From the human T2T-CHM13v2.0 reference genome, Homo sapiens, in assembly GCF_009914755.1 (NCBI RefSeq), contig NC_060937.1: DNA of 64,000 nucleotides; one strand, written 5' to 3'. The notes beneath the pieces are model-generated. The model searched no databases. It was given only the letters and a program-made list of their open reading frames with translations, and was not told the origin of the DNA. The translations under genes were made by a program, and so were the position numbers. Below, piece after piece: positions 27,250 to 40,323 of the stretch; position 1 is the first letter of the stretch, and every line of letters starts with the position of its first letter.

Positions 27250-27940
27250 AATTTTAAATGCAAAAGTAAACAAGAACAACATACTGAGAAATAGAAATCA
27301 AAAGGTACAGCACGTCCTAACAGTGACGTCGGCTATTGAAGAAAAGAGAACAATGCATTTAAAATTCAGACAGAGAATAATCTTCAATTTAGAATTCTAA
27401 AAGTAGTCAACCTATCAAGTACAAGGAAAGAATAATGACATCTGAAGACACGTGAGGGCCTGGGGATGGAATTCAACACAAATGAAATGGGGAAAAAGAA
27501 AAAGGAAGACATTTTTCTCCAGCTAAAATGGTGATATAAGAAAGGAAATATAATTGTAGTATGCCACCTGGCTCTGCAAGGGATAATGGAAATGCACAGA
27601 TGTGCCCGTGTTCCTGATCTATTAACAGTGATAGAATGTGTTGGTGAGGATGTGCTAGAGAAGGTGAGGTGTTGCTTATGGCAGCTCATTCATGATAAAA
27701 CAAAGAAAAAAGGTCATGTCTAAGTTAATAAATGATGAGTGGAGATTATAAATACATGGAAGAGGTTAAAAAAAAAAAAGGAAACATCCACAAGGGTGGA
27801 AAGTGATTGGCCCTAGTGAGTGGGATCAAGGCCTGGGGAGTGTTGGCCTGGGGGTTGCTGGGTTTTGTCATATGCTTTCTTTCTCTTTGATTTTATTTAA
27901 ACACACACGTATTACTTGGGTACAATTAAGTATTTAAAAC
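27250..27940 (+). mobile_element. Old L1M (L1MC/ME) 3' fragment
   Basis: aaagtgattggcc..gctgggttttgtcatatgc..tgattttattt..gtattacttg resembles an old L1 3' terminus. Confidence 0.45.
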
Positions 27941-27969
27941 CAACATCATAGCATACCTCAGAAAGCAAA

Positions 27970-28030
27970 TAGAGAGGGAGAGAGGGAGAGAGGAAGAGAG
28001 TCAGAGGAAGAGACAGAGACAGAGGGAGAG
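27970..28030 (+). repeat. GA-rich low-complexity repeat
   Basis: agagagggagagagggagagaggaagagag.. Confidence 0.85.
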
Positions 28031-28420
28031 CCATGAGAAAAACAACTGTGGCTGAGGATGTGTGCGTGTAGAGGACATCGCTGAGTGAAGGGGTTCAGCC
28101 ACATGGGCCTGGACGCAATACAGCATCTCCAGTGTGTGAAGCCCAGATCCAGCCCTAGGACCCGTTGACTCTGATAGACACCAAAAGGGGAACCAACCAG
28201 ACCTTTAAGCTTTGGATCCTGGACTGCTGGGAAAATACTGGTGTCTGGGTTATTTTTTCCTGTTTTGTTTTGTTTTCCTAGACATAATACCTCTCATGAG
28301 CTACTAGTGAAAATAAAAAATAATTGCCATCATATCACATGCATGGAGGGCTTACTGCATTCCACATGATGATCCGAGCACTTCACATAAATTCATCCCC
28401 TCAGTCATTCCAGCCAACCC

Positions 28421-28862
28421 CGGGGTGGGTTCTGCAATCGTGCCCAGCGTCGTGGAAGCTGGTGGCCCCCACACTGGGCTGGTGCACTCATCACCCTCCA
28501 ACACACAGCTGGCTGTTAGTAACTCAGAGATATTCCCTTCTCCCCAACTGCCCTGGACAAAATTAAAACACTTTTCCTAGGAAGCTATTTCCATACCTCC
28601 TGGCCCCCACAAGAGGCAGTTGACAAGCTGCAGCCTACTAACACTGGGTTACAAAGGCCAGTCCGTGCCACAAGCTGAGATCAACTTTATACAGCGATTT
28701 GTTCTCCAGAGCTCCCATGGAACCAGGCAGAATGCAGACTCCAGCTGAGACCACGCTTTCGCCAGGATGGTCTCGCATCCCTCCCTCCCTTTTTCCTGAG
28801 AGCATTCCTCAGTGGACCAAACCCATCTCATGCTCTGCTTCCACAGAACTTGACTTAAAAAG
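28421..28862 (+). mobile_element. LTR16-family (ERVL) solo LTR inserted in a MIR
   Basis: ctccagagctcccatgg..ccagctgagaccac..cctgagagcattcctca..gctctgcttcc..acttgacttaaaa; MIR halves on both sides. Confidence 0.75.
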
Positions 28863-28975
28863 GAGTTCACAGATGAGGAAATCGAGGCACAGAAAAGCTC
28901 AACGACTTGTGCTAGGGCCATCACTCTTAAGTGGCAGAGCCAGAATGAAACCCAGGCTGTCTTGTGGGAGCCCCA
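28863..28975 (-). mobile_element. MIR (other half at ~28340-28420)
   Basis: acagatgaggaaatcgaggcacag..aagtggcagagccagaatgaaacccagg. Confidence 0.85.
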
Positions 28976-29015
28976 CCCGAGAGCTGCTGGAAGCCCCATG
29001 AGAATGAGGCCACAC

Positions 29016-29033
29016 AGCCAGCAGAGGGCAGAG
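29016..29033 (+). promoter_or_regulatory. Candidate CTCF site
   Basis: CCAGCAGAGGGCAG (29018-29031) matches CCASYAGRKGGCRS exactly; motif match only. Confidence 0.45.
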
Positions 29034-30233
29034 ATGGGGAGTGCAGTGGGGTTCCTGTCCCTGTCCCATGTACCATGAGGCCCCTACTGCTTCCCACCCC
29101 TCAGGTGGGCCCATGACACCCAGCCCTAAACTGTCACTTGCCAGTTGCTCCAATTGGGTTTCCACCACTTGTGACAAAGAATCCTAACACAGGATCCTTG
29201 ACATAAATAGGAAAGTTCGGGGGAGACCATTATCTCATTTTAGAGAAAAGATAATGAGTTTGTTCTTCAATGCATTTAGGTAGAGATGCCCAAGGAATGC
29301 ATAAATCTGTAGACAGCCCTTTGCTGAGAGAGAGAAGAATTGATGATGTGGTCAGGGAATTAAATCGTACGATGGATACTGATGCTTTGCCCTGAACTGA
29401 GGATGCGGGAGGGAGGATTCCTGGCGAGTCGTTCAAGCTCTGAAATTTACTAGGCTCACCAGATTGGATTAATAAAAAGAGAGGATTCTCAGTTAAACAT
29501 GAATTTGCTCTAAACAGTGAACAATTGAAGCATAAGTATATCCCATACAACATTTGGGATCAACTACGCTAAACTTTTTTCACATTTTCTCTAAATTTAA
29601 AATTTCACTGGGTATTCTGTGTTTTTTTTAATCACTTTGTGAGGCACCCTTGTAAGCTAAATAGTCATTGAATTCTGAGGACACTAGATACCACTGTTCT
29701 TTTTACCCTTTTTAAAAGAAAAATTGCATTTCTAAAATGCTAAGTGCCTACAAAATGAATGCAAAATATATATGGTTTATGAATAACAACGAGATGATCA
29801 TTCTGATACCCACTGCCTACTAGTTTAAGAAAATGCATTTTCACCATAAAATATATATTGGCTCTTCCCACAAAATCAAACAACCATCTTAAATTGCCTA
29901 CTTAGCAGTCCCTTGGATTTTCATTTAGTCGTGCACTTTACCACCCATATGTAATACTACACAAAACATATATACAGCAGAAGGAATTGTAAGGAGAAAT
30001 CTATATAGCTACCATCCAGGCTGAGAATTCGTTCCTTGTCAGACCCCAGAAGTTCCCATGAATTCTTCCTCCATTGTATTCAGCTCCTTCCTTCTAGAGA
30101 AAACCACTATCTAGACTCTTCATGAAAATCCTTTTCTTGTTTTATCATCCTCATCTACATTCCTAAACAAGATAATTTAAGTTTACCTGTTCCTGAAATT
30201 TATATAAATGCAATTACCAAAAAGTGTGTATTC

Positions 30234-30948
30234 TGTATTAATGTGCTGGGAATGCCATACCAAAATACCACTGACTCGGGTGGAGGGACTTAAACAACAG
30301 CAATGTATTGTCTCACAATTCTAGAGGCTGGAAGCCCAAGATCAAGGTGCCAGCAGATTTGGTTTCTCCTGAGGCCTCTTTCCTTAACTTGCAGATGGCC
30401 CACTTCTCACTGTGTCCTCACATGGTCCTGCCTCTGTGAGCACATGTGCCTGTGTCCTAATATCTTCTTGTGAGGACACCAATCATATTGGGCCACACCC
30501 TTATGACCTCACTTAATTACCTCTTTAAAGACCCCAATACAGTAGTTACCCCCATATCCGAGGGGAATTTGTATTAAAACCTCAGTGGATGCCTGAAACC
30601 ACAGACAGTAACAAGCCCTAGACATGCTATGTTTTTCCTATACATACATATGTATCATAAAGTTTAATTTATAAATTAGGTACAGTAAGAAATTTACAAT
30701 AATACAATAATCATAGCAATACACTGCAGTAAAAGGTATGTGTATGTGCTCTCTCTCCCTCTGTCTCTCTCTCTCTCTCATCTTATTGTTCTGACTCACC
30801 TATTTTTGGATCCTGGTTGACTCCAGGTAACTGAAACCACAGAAAGCAAAACTGTGGATAAGGGAGGACTGCTGTCAACCCCTTGAGGGGTTACAGCTTC
30901 AACATATGAACTTTGGGAGGATGGGAGGACATCGTTCAGTCCATAACA
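30234..30948 (-). mobile_element. MLT1A0-like MaLR LTR, split by MER44A
   Basis: tgtatt..gaggctggaagcccaagatcaaggtgccagcag..; resumes at 30875 and ends ttcagtccataaca; TSD tattc/tgttc. Confidence 0.9.
30540..30874 (-). mobile_element. MER44A (Tigger7 derivative)
   Basis: cagtagttacccccatatcc ... ggataagggaggactgctg TIRs; inserted at TA 30538-30539. Confidence 0.88.
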
Positions 30949-32295
30949 TGTTCTTTTGTGATGTTGCCCCCACCCCAAATTATTTTTGTGAAGTTGATCC
31001 ATTTTGTTGAAAACACTTATAGTTTTTCATTTTCACTGTTGGCTAGAATTCCGTAACACATGTCCAGACAAATTTACTATATCTGTTTTCTTTGGTGGAC
31101 ATCTAAGTTATTTTCAAATTTGCTTTTATAAAAAAATACTGCTTTGTACAGTTTTTTAAAAATGTGTATTCTCATGCACAAAAGCAATTGCTTTTCTGAA
31201 TATATATTTAAGAGTAGAACTGCTTTGTCAAAAGATTTGAACATCTTCAAATATGTTAGATAATGCCAAACTATTTTCCAGAGTAGGTTTAACATTCCCA
31301 TCAACGTTGTGTCAGAGACCCCTTTGCCCCATATCTTCCTTCACAGTGTTGCCTCTGACTTCTCTTCTTTTTCTTTTTTATATTTTTTGCTAGTTTTGTG
31401 GCTAACTGCTTCTCATTTTTGGTTTTAATTTGCACTTATCTTATTGATTATAAGGTCAAGCCTATTTGAATATGTTTGCTGGCCATTCAGGTATGTGTTT
31501 TTGAGGTGATTCTTCAGATTTCTGACCATTTGTCTATTGGATCACCAGTTTTGTTTATTATGGATTAATATGTTCGGGCATGAGTGTTTTGTTGATGAGC
31601 TATTTTACAAATATCTTCTTTACAGCATGTCTTCATTCACTTTAGTAATACAGGTTGAGCGTCCCTTGTGCAAAGTGCTTGGGACCAGAAGTGCTTTGGA
31701 TTTTGGAATATTTGCATATACATAATGAGTCATCTTGGGAATGAGAATGAAGTCCAAATATAAATTCATTTGTGTTTCATACACACCTTACACACATAGC
31801 CTGAAGGTAATTTTATACATCATTTTTAAGAATTTTGTACATAAACAAACTTTGTGTACCGTGAACCAGCACAAAGGTGTCCACCTCACCCACCCCCTCC
31901 CCCACTGTGGACAATCTGTGGTTATTTGGCATCACCATTATTCCTGACTAAATTTACATGCTACATGCTACAGATAAGCAACCATTTTCTTACACTTATT
32001 CTCACGTAAGTATTTAACAGTAAAAAATACGATATGCCATTAATACAGTGAAAAAAATAAGTGTTCTTGGTAGCTAGCCAGCACATTAGCATCCCTGGAA
32101 CACCTGCATCAGCTGTCAGACAACGGCAGCAACAAACAACGCAGCTCCCAGCCTCCATCTACAATGCTGTGTTTTGATTAAAAGGTTACTGTACACTGTG
32201 TTTTATTTTTTTAGAGCAGAAGAAATCTCAGAAGCAGTTAAAGGACCAGAAAGCGGGTCCTCTAGGGATGAGGAGGCATTCTACTGGGTGGCTTT

Positions 32296-33897
32296 TCAAA
32301 GTGTTTCCACCAGAGTCATCTGCCTCATTAACAATGTTCTGTGTCTCCAACATCTCTTTTTGATTTTATAAGCTAACATGATGTCTTACTCTGCTGTGAA
32401 TGCATGCTGCTCTGTTCCTTCAGTGAGACCATGACACACTTTCACCATGTCATCTGTAGGCATTGCTTCTGCAGTGTTGACAACAACATCTTCATCATCA
32501 CCATGATCATAACCACCTGGATTCAGAACCATTTTGGCTATTTCAGGAGCTGTCAAACAATGAACAACTGGAGCCTTACTATTGATGTTAAAAACTTTTT
32601 TGATATTCACTTCTCCCACGTTACTGATGGACTCTGAAAGCATATTTTTTGCATATGTAAGGAGATCAAAAGACAGAATCCTACAAAGTCACCACCTTAT
32701 TCATCATCATCACTGAACATAATCGCGGCACCACTGCGTCTTTAGTCAGTGTGTTCCAGCCATTGGCAACAGCATATTGGGCATCCTTCATGCTAAACTC
32801 CTTGTGAAAACCTTCCGCACCTACACCTCTGTTCACTGCTGCTGGCATGCTGCTCAAGATAGCATTTCATGTTTACTCTTCATTAATCTCAGGATATCCT
32901 AGTCACATGGCTGAATTAATAAAGTCACATTTGAAGGAAAGTCCATGGCACAAACATTATTTTTGATGAGAATTTCAGCTGGGGCATGAGCAGAACAGTT
33001 GTCTAGGAAAGTCAGTCTTGCGGTTGTGATACAGTCTAGCTTCCCTGCATGAGCATGAGCCACTGGTATGAAATGTTTGTGGAACCAATCATAAAATATA
33101 TCCCTGGCGACCTATGCCTTTTTGTTAGCATAATAATTGATGGATAAGAAATTCCCTTCTTGAAAACAGAGAGGATGCAAGCTTTGCCTACCAGGCAAGT
33201 TTACACTTAATACCTGCCTGCTGCATTAGTGCACCCCAGCACAGTTATTCTGTCCTTGGCATCCTTAGACCAGGGGTCATCTTGCCACCTGTAGTCGGTG
33301 TCTTTCTGGGGCAATAATGTCAAAACAGTGATGTTTCCTCAGCATTATAGACTTTTTATGGTGTCAGATTTTTATCAGCAATGACCTTCGCAAACTCATC
33401 AACGATTTCTTCACTGCTTCATGATCAGATGATTTATCACCACAAAGCTGTAAAAATCAAATATCATGTCTTTTCTTAAATGTCTGCAACCAGCCTGTTC
33501 AGTGTTCACAGTTCCCTTCAATTTTCAGTTCATCATGATAGAACCTCGCTTGTTTCATAATCAGAATATCATTAAGTGGCATGTGTTCACTGCCATGCCG
33601 ACAGATGCAATCATCTAATACACAATTGAGATCTTCATTTTTAGCTTTACACAGTATTTTTTAAAAAGTTTTCATTAACTTCTGTTTACCACTTTCAGCA
33701 TAGAACTTCAACAGTTTATCCTTCTGTTTCGGCAAGTCCTGTATGGTCATTTCCACACCACGCTCTTCTGTAAGATGTTTCACACTGGCACTGCTGTGCA
33801 GTTTCTCCAGCAGCTTGACTTTCTGTGCTAGAGACAAACATAAGTGCTTCCTCTTTGTTTAGTCACTGTTACCCATAGGGGTATCTACAGGCCTTTT
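32296..33897 (-). pseudogene. Degenerate Tigger4 pogo/CENP-B-like transposase
   Basis: Minus-strand translation gives KRPVDTPMGNSD*TKRKHLCLSLAQKVKLLEKL (HTH), VYNAEETSLF (~33340), FLDNCSAH (D at 33001-33003), LIQPCD* (D at 32902-32904; D32D spacing) and an acidic C-terminus (ORF 32386-32643); multiple stops. Confidence 0.9.
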
Positions 33898-34205
33898 ATT
33901 TTATTTAAGTTATAGTATACATGTGCAGAACGTAAGGGTTTGTTACATAGGTATACATCTGCCATGGTGGTTTGCTGCACCTATCAACCCATCGTCTAGG
34001 TTTTAAACCCTGCATGCATTAGGTATTTGTCCTAATGCTCTCCCTCCCCTTGCCTCCCACACCCCAACAGGCCCCGGTGTATGATGTTCTTCTCCCTATG
34101 TCCATGTGGTCTCACTGTTCAACACCCACTTATGAGTGAGAACATGCGGTGTTTGGTTTTCTGTTCCTGTGTTTAGTTTGCTGAGAATGATGGCTTCCAG
34201 CTTCA
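33894..34205 (-). mobile_element. L1PA8-like 5'-truncated 3' end inside Tigger4
   Basis: atacatgtgcagaacgt..ctaggttttaaaccctgcatgcattagg..cccacttatgagtgagaacatgcgg. Confidence 0.95.
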
Positions 34206-35384
34206 GATATTTAACAACACCTTCACACCACAGAGTAGAAACTAAGCAAAAAATAAAAAATAAATAAAAATAAAAAAAAATAAACCCACAGTGGGTAATG
34301 CACGTAGGTCTCGGCACCACATGGCGTGCAATGGGGAACCTGTCACTGGCGAGTCCAGCCTGTACACATGACAGTTTCTTACCCTTTGCGGGCTGCTAGT
34401 GTGGGGAAATCTGGGCTTGTGTGGAAAAGATATTACACAGCTGAAAGGGGCTAAGATCATTTTTTACTTTCCCGTGGGGATGCTGAATAAACTGGAATGT
34501 CTGCATTTTGACTGCAACTTGTCACATGAAGTCAGCTGTGGAATTTTCCACTTGGGGCATCATGTCCAAAATGAGTCACAAGAATTTTATCTTTTCCTAA
34601 ATCTCAGATATTCTATCTGGTATACCTTTCTTTCTGCTTAAAGTAATTTTTTTTTAGAATTTTTCTTAATTTGGGTATTTTGGCCTCAAATTTTCTCACC
34701 ATTTGTTTTTCTAAAAATAAATTTATTTTGTCTTTATTATTTTAAGATATCTTTCTGGATCAGAATTCTAAAGTATTTTTTTCCCAGAACATTGAAGATA
34801 TTCTATTATCATCCTCCTAATATTGTTACTGTTAACAGAAATAATTCTGTTATTCCTTTGGATATATAATTTGAACCTGAAATGCAGAGAATGTGGGTTT
34901 ATACTGCCCGTTTCACAGGGGTATTGATATTCCAAGTCCCCAGGTTTATGCAAAGCAAACAATTTCAAGCCCCAACCCTGTAGGGACACTTTAACCTCCA
35001 ACCCTTGAATTTCCACTAGCGCCAATGCCTAGGCCATCTCTGGCTCCATTAACTACCTTCTGTAGCACCGGCTCACCTACTTACTGCTATGTCTTCTCAG
35101 TGCTGGCTTTCATTCCGGCATCTTCAAGGTTCCCTTTGTCTCCTGGAGCTTAGCAATGCATTAAATTTCTGTGCTTGTATTTTTACTTAGCATATCTAGG
35201 TATTTGTAGAAGGCATGTTCTATGTTAATGTTGCCAAACATGATGCCGGAACCAGAAGGCCCAATACTGGCAATATTTGCCTAATTTGTATTCAACTTTT
35301 CCACAGCATAGCAATATGAAAATCGTCTTAATCAATTCAGTGACTCTTGTATCATCTTGTTACATTTCTTAAAATTGTACTCAT

Positions 35385-35556
35385 GGCCAGGCACGGTGAT
35401 GGCTCACACCTGTAGTCTGAGCACTTTGCGAGGCCAAAGCAGGAGGATCACTTGAGCCGAGGAGTTAGAAATTGCAGTGAGCTATGATGGCACCACTGCA
35501 CTCCAGCCTGGGTGACAGAGCAAGACTCTGTCTCAAAATAAATAAATAAATAAACA
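35385..35556 (+). mobile_element. Monomeric Alu (FRAM-like or collapsed AluJ)
   Basis: Single arm ggccaggcacggtg..ttgcagtgagctatgatggcaccactgcactccagcc..(TAAA)n; degenerate TSD aaaattgtactcat/acaattatagacat. Confidence 0.9.
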
Positions 35557-35569
35557 ATTATAGACATAA

Positions 35570-36010
35570 AAAGGAGAAACTACTGGCCAACTTCCCTTAT
35601 CAATAGAGATTTTTTTAATTTGCAGATTTAATCCAGGAGCATAGTCAATGAATACTACATTATCATCAAGTAAAATTTACTCCAAGAATATAAGAACAGT
35701 TAAATATTATGGAACACATGAATACTAGTCAACACGTTTCCAAGAATAGTGGCTTAATGGTAATTATGGGATAATATTAATTTTAAAAATCAGGATATTA
35801 AAAGTATATGGAGAATAATTCTACTTTTATGCCAAAACTATATGTATCTATATGCAAACAAACAAAAAAAGACATGATTAAAAAAACAGTGAAACTGTTC
35901 TACTGCATCTTCCTTGGTGACAAGTTTACAAGTGACTTCTGTGTTCCATTGTGCTTTTCTGTGTTTTCCAAATTTTCTACAATAGGCATTCCTTTTAATA
36001 TCAGAAAATA
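35570..36010 (+). mobile_element. Old L1M fragments (ORF2 RT piece plus L1ME 3' end)
   Basis: aaactactggccaacttcccttat..catcaagtaaaatttactccaagaat; tttctgtgttttccaaattttctacaat..atcagaaaa. Confidence 0.65.
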
Positions 36011-37315
36011 CTGATAAGATAATAAAGTTTCATTTAGCTGTTCACAAGGCAAATCTAACATTTCACCCAGGCAGGGAGGAACCCCTCGAACTGCCTGCCG
36101 GCTGCCACCTCTTCTAATCACATTCCCTCTACCTGTCTCCTCAGGAAGATCTTTCACAGACGAGCATTTAAGGACGACCTTTTAAGGTCACAGTCAAACA
36201 CCATGATCTTTCTCAAACCCACTTTATTTTTTAGATTCTTTTGCCCGCTTTCTTATTCTCTCATTCCTAGTATTTACGGAGTCAAATGCTCTCATTTTAA
36301 ATGCCCATTTCTCCATTCCTGCCACTCCAAATTCCAATCTAATAAAATATTGAAGATTTTAATTTTTTCTCAGTTTCTACAGTCCTGAAATCTCCTCACA
36401 CAGTGTGGTGGTGGATTACATAATGATTTGCAATCTTTCCTAGTCACTCAGTGCATGTTAACCCTGTCTCCAAGACCAATTTGCGCACATAAAAAGCATA
36501 AACTTTTTCATTGTTCTCATTTATTTTATATGTTTATTTTATAGCTCAGTGACTAGCACATTCCATAATTCAATATACAAAATCAATAAATCAACCTGGC
36601 TAATTGGCTATTAGTGAGGAAACAGCACTTTTGAGAAAATAAATCGAAAAAAATAAATTCAAAACCCAACATATTATTTGTCTCTCCACTATAGTAAGAC
36701 AAGCAGCAAAAAATAAATTTCAAAAGAGAAATACACTACAGAACTATGTGTACCTTCGATAAAATTAGATGGACTTTAAAAAATCAAAATGTAAATAAAA
36801 CATTATCACCTTTTCCTTTGGGGTTACAGAGGAATGTGGGCAAAAGGTGACCACAGAGAAACAAAAGTCTATTGAGAAGAAAAACGTGCACAAAGGCACA
36901 GATTGAAAGAAAAAATAAGAAAGACCTTGATGTCATCTATACAGGAGGTCACTAATGAATGTTTAAGTACATGTATAAATTAAGTTCCCAGTCAGTTCTT
37001 TAGAAGAATGTTACAACCAAAATGGATCATGGTTTGGGTTTTCTTCCATAGAGTTATCTGATTATATGCTTTAGTTATTCAACTCATCCTGTATGTTTGG
37101 GCCACCTAACCTGTACCCCAGTAAAGATGGGACACCAAGACTAGGGACTTTCTACGAGCCTGTGGCTTAACAAGTTAGATTTTGGAGTTTCTATTCTCAT
37201 GTTTAGCTCACTTCAATGCATTCACCACTTTCCCATTTGTGTCACACCCCTTAGTTATCCCCCAACATCACCAAACTGCACCCCTTCCTATGCCAGTCTC
37301 CAGCACTTAACCCAC

Positions 37316-37678
37316 TGTATTAGTCTGTTCTCACACTGCTAATAAAGACATACCCAAGACTGGGTAATTTACAAAGAAAAAGAAGTTTAATGGACTCACA
37401 GTTTCACATGGCTGGGGAGGCCTCACAATCATGGCAGAAAGTGAAGGAGGCGCAAAGGCACATCTTACATGGAGGCAGGCAAGATAGAAAATGTGCAGGG
37501 GAACTGCCCTTTATAAAACCATCAGATCTCATGAGACTTATTCACTATCACAAGAACAGCATGGGAAAAAGCCACCCCCATGATTGAATTACCTCCCACC
37601 TGGTCCTCCCCATGACATGTGGGAATTATTACAATTCAACATGAGATTTGGGTGGGGACACAGAGCCAAACCATATCA
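37316..37678 (-). mobile_element. THE1 (B-D-like) MaLR solo LTR
   Basis: tgtattagtctgttctcacactgctaataaagacatacc..ataaaaccatcagatctc..gccaaaccatatca; TSD cccac/cccat. Confidence 0.97.
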
Positions 37679-38266
37679 CCCATGCTCTACTATGAAGAAG
37701 CCTCATGTCCAAAACTCGCCACCATTCTTCTCTTTCTTCTACCTGCTCATCTTCTGTTGAATCTTAAGAAACAGATGGCACAAAGTAAAAATTACCACAC
37801 TAAAATCAAAGAGTTGAAAACAAGCTCGCCTAATATATAAGCAAAAGATACGATTTTCTAAACCAAAAGAAAAATCCTTAAAAAAAAAAACACTTTAAAT
37901 TGTGTCACTTACCCTGCATTTCATGTTTCCTCTTTGTATTTCTTTTCAAGTTTGTAGAAAGTCACTGTAGAATCTTTGCAATAAGAATTACAGATTAAAA
38001 TCTCTTTTCTAAGGCACCAGAACCAGTTCTAGATGCCCCCCTGAATTTCCAGGCTACTGAACCCATAATGCAGTGGGTGCAGCTCCTTCTTAGACTGTTC
38101 ATATTGAAAATGTCCATAGTTTCTTTTTAATCAGTTTGCCATGCTGTAGAGCCTCACTCAGGAATGGGGTAAAACGATGCTTCCCCAGCTGTATCATCTG
38201 AGTAGGGCTACATAATTTTTGCCATATCCACACAGCATTGATACTATTGTTTACTTAATATATTTC

Positions 38267-38576
<310 letters not shown>

Positions 38577-38587
38577 TAATATATTTC

Positions 38588-38879
38588 TTTTTCTATATTT
38601 TTCTGAGTTTCTCTCTTGTCACCCAGGCTGGAGTGCAATGGCACGATCTCAGCTCACAGCAACCTGTTTCGCAGGTTCAAGCGATTCTCCTGCCTCAGAC
38701 TACCGAGTGGCTGGGACTACAGGTGCCCACCAGCACGTCCGGCTAATTTTTTTGTATTTTTACTAGAGATGGGGTTTCACCATGTTAGCCAGGATGATCT
38801 CAATCTCCTGACCTCGTGATCTGCCCGCCTCGGCCTCCCAAAGTGCTGGGATTACAGGTGTGAGCCACAGCACCCAGCC
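38588..38879 (-). mobile_element. Chimeric Alu (AluY/Sc-like left part, AluSq-like right part)
   Basis: gactacagg and ttagccaggatg..ctcctgacctcgtgatc (Y/Sc diagnostics); TSD aatatatttcttt at 38578 and 38880. Confidence 0.95.
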
Positions 38880-40323
38880 AATATATTTCTTTATATTTGT
38901 AATGTTTTACTTAAGGTTGATTTAAATGGAGCCTCCACATTCATTGCTATATTGCCATATGGCATTACCACTTGCCATAAGTAGAGGGTAGCAATATAAA
39001 TAAAAGCATAACCAATAACCCTAAAAGCACCTAAAATCACCTTGCAAGCCATACGCTGTGTCGCATTTTGGGAAGTGCTAGAAAAAAGGTAGTTTCCACA
39101 GTCACGGGAGAATAGCTAAAGAAATTATTCAAAGAGAAAAGTAACTGTTTTAAGTTACAAGTAACTGTTTGAAGTACAAGTCTAAAAACTTGTACTTCAT
39201 CTTGCCATCCCCCCTTTTCCAATGGTCTTTCCACTGAGGAGACTGAGAAAGGACTTCTGCATAGTATTTATAAACTGTAAGAGCCATGCCGTTTTGAATA
39301 TTACTATTACTTTCTGATTGCACAAGAAAATCATTATCAATTATATTTTCCCCTATCTTTAAAGTTCAGTCATATTATGAGTACATACCACTTTTAACAT
39401 AATGTTAGTTCACGTAAATATTTTCACATGGTAAAATTATACACATATATAGTGTTTTCATACATTCAACATGCTAATTTCCTCACACGTTCCTATGAAA
39501 TCAAATATTTGGTTTATTTCCCCACCTCTCTTCCTCCTCTCTTCTCTCCTTTCTTTTTAACAAATGCCTCACTACCACTCTTTTGTAAATTGAATAACTG
39601 AGGCAAAAAGGTTAAATGGCTGACTTGCAATTTACAGTGAGTTACATTTACCAAAATCACATAAAATGTAGGCTCAAAATGGAACCATTTCCCTGGAGAT
39701 ATTGGGTTACCTAGACCATAATGAGAAAAGTGCTCAAAAACCAATTTAATTATGGGGAGGAATAAATCATTATTTCCAACGGAAGCACTATCTCCTGAAC
39801 GTTAACTAAATAATGTTTAATTAGTTAGATGTGTCCTAAACACAATGGAAACTTACAGGTACAGAACTACAGGAGAAAAATGTATCCATAAGTTATTTTG
39901 CATAAAACCAGTATTGTAATCCATCTTAATTTTTAGTTTTTATTTTGCCACCCAATAATGTCATCTAATAAATCTTCCCCGCAGCACTGTATTGAAGCTA
40001 GGAAGCATGGATATGTGGATTTGCTCTTCCATTGATTAGTGACAGTCCCTGCAACAATAATTTAACTTTTTGCATCATAATTTACCCATGTTTGAAATGA
40101 GGACACAATACCTACATTAACAGCTCCACAGAACAGATTGTGAGAATGGTGATATGAAGTAAGTTACCGGTAACTACTTTATCAGATTTTTGTAGATTGG
40201 AAATAGTTCTAAAATTATGGTAATTGGGGAGAGGTGTAGTATATATAAATTTAATGAAGTACTTGTTTGTCTCTCTCTAAAAGTAAAACATATGGAAGGA
40301 AGGACAGATTGCAAAGACATCAG

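Larger units (their letters stand above)
29710..31628 (-). mobile_element. Old L1 (L1ME-type) fragments hosting MLT1A0/MER44A
   Basis: ggacatctaagttattttc..aagagtagaactgct..gataatgccaaactattttccag..ggttttaatttgcac; ORF 31077-31304 weakly L1 ORF2-like. Confidence 0.75.
31631..34566 (-). mobile_element. Tigger4 (Zombi) DNA transposon, near full length, split by L1PA, right TIR missing
   Basis: TA|caggttgagcgtccctt..gcttgggaccagaagtg end; internal pogo transposase remnant; ttttgactgcaacttgtcacatga..gtggaattttccacttg near the other end. Confidence 0.92.

Noticed and set aside
32296-33897. Domesticated transposase gene (JRK/TIGD-like)
   Set aside because: Multiple in-frame stops, altered first catalytic Asp, L1 insertion at the start and retained TE termini
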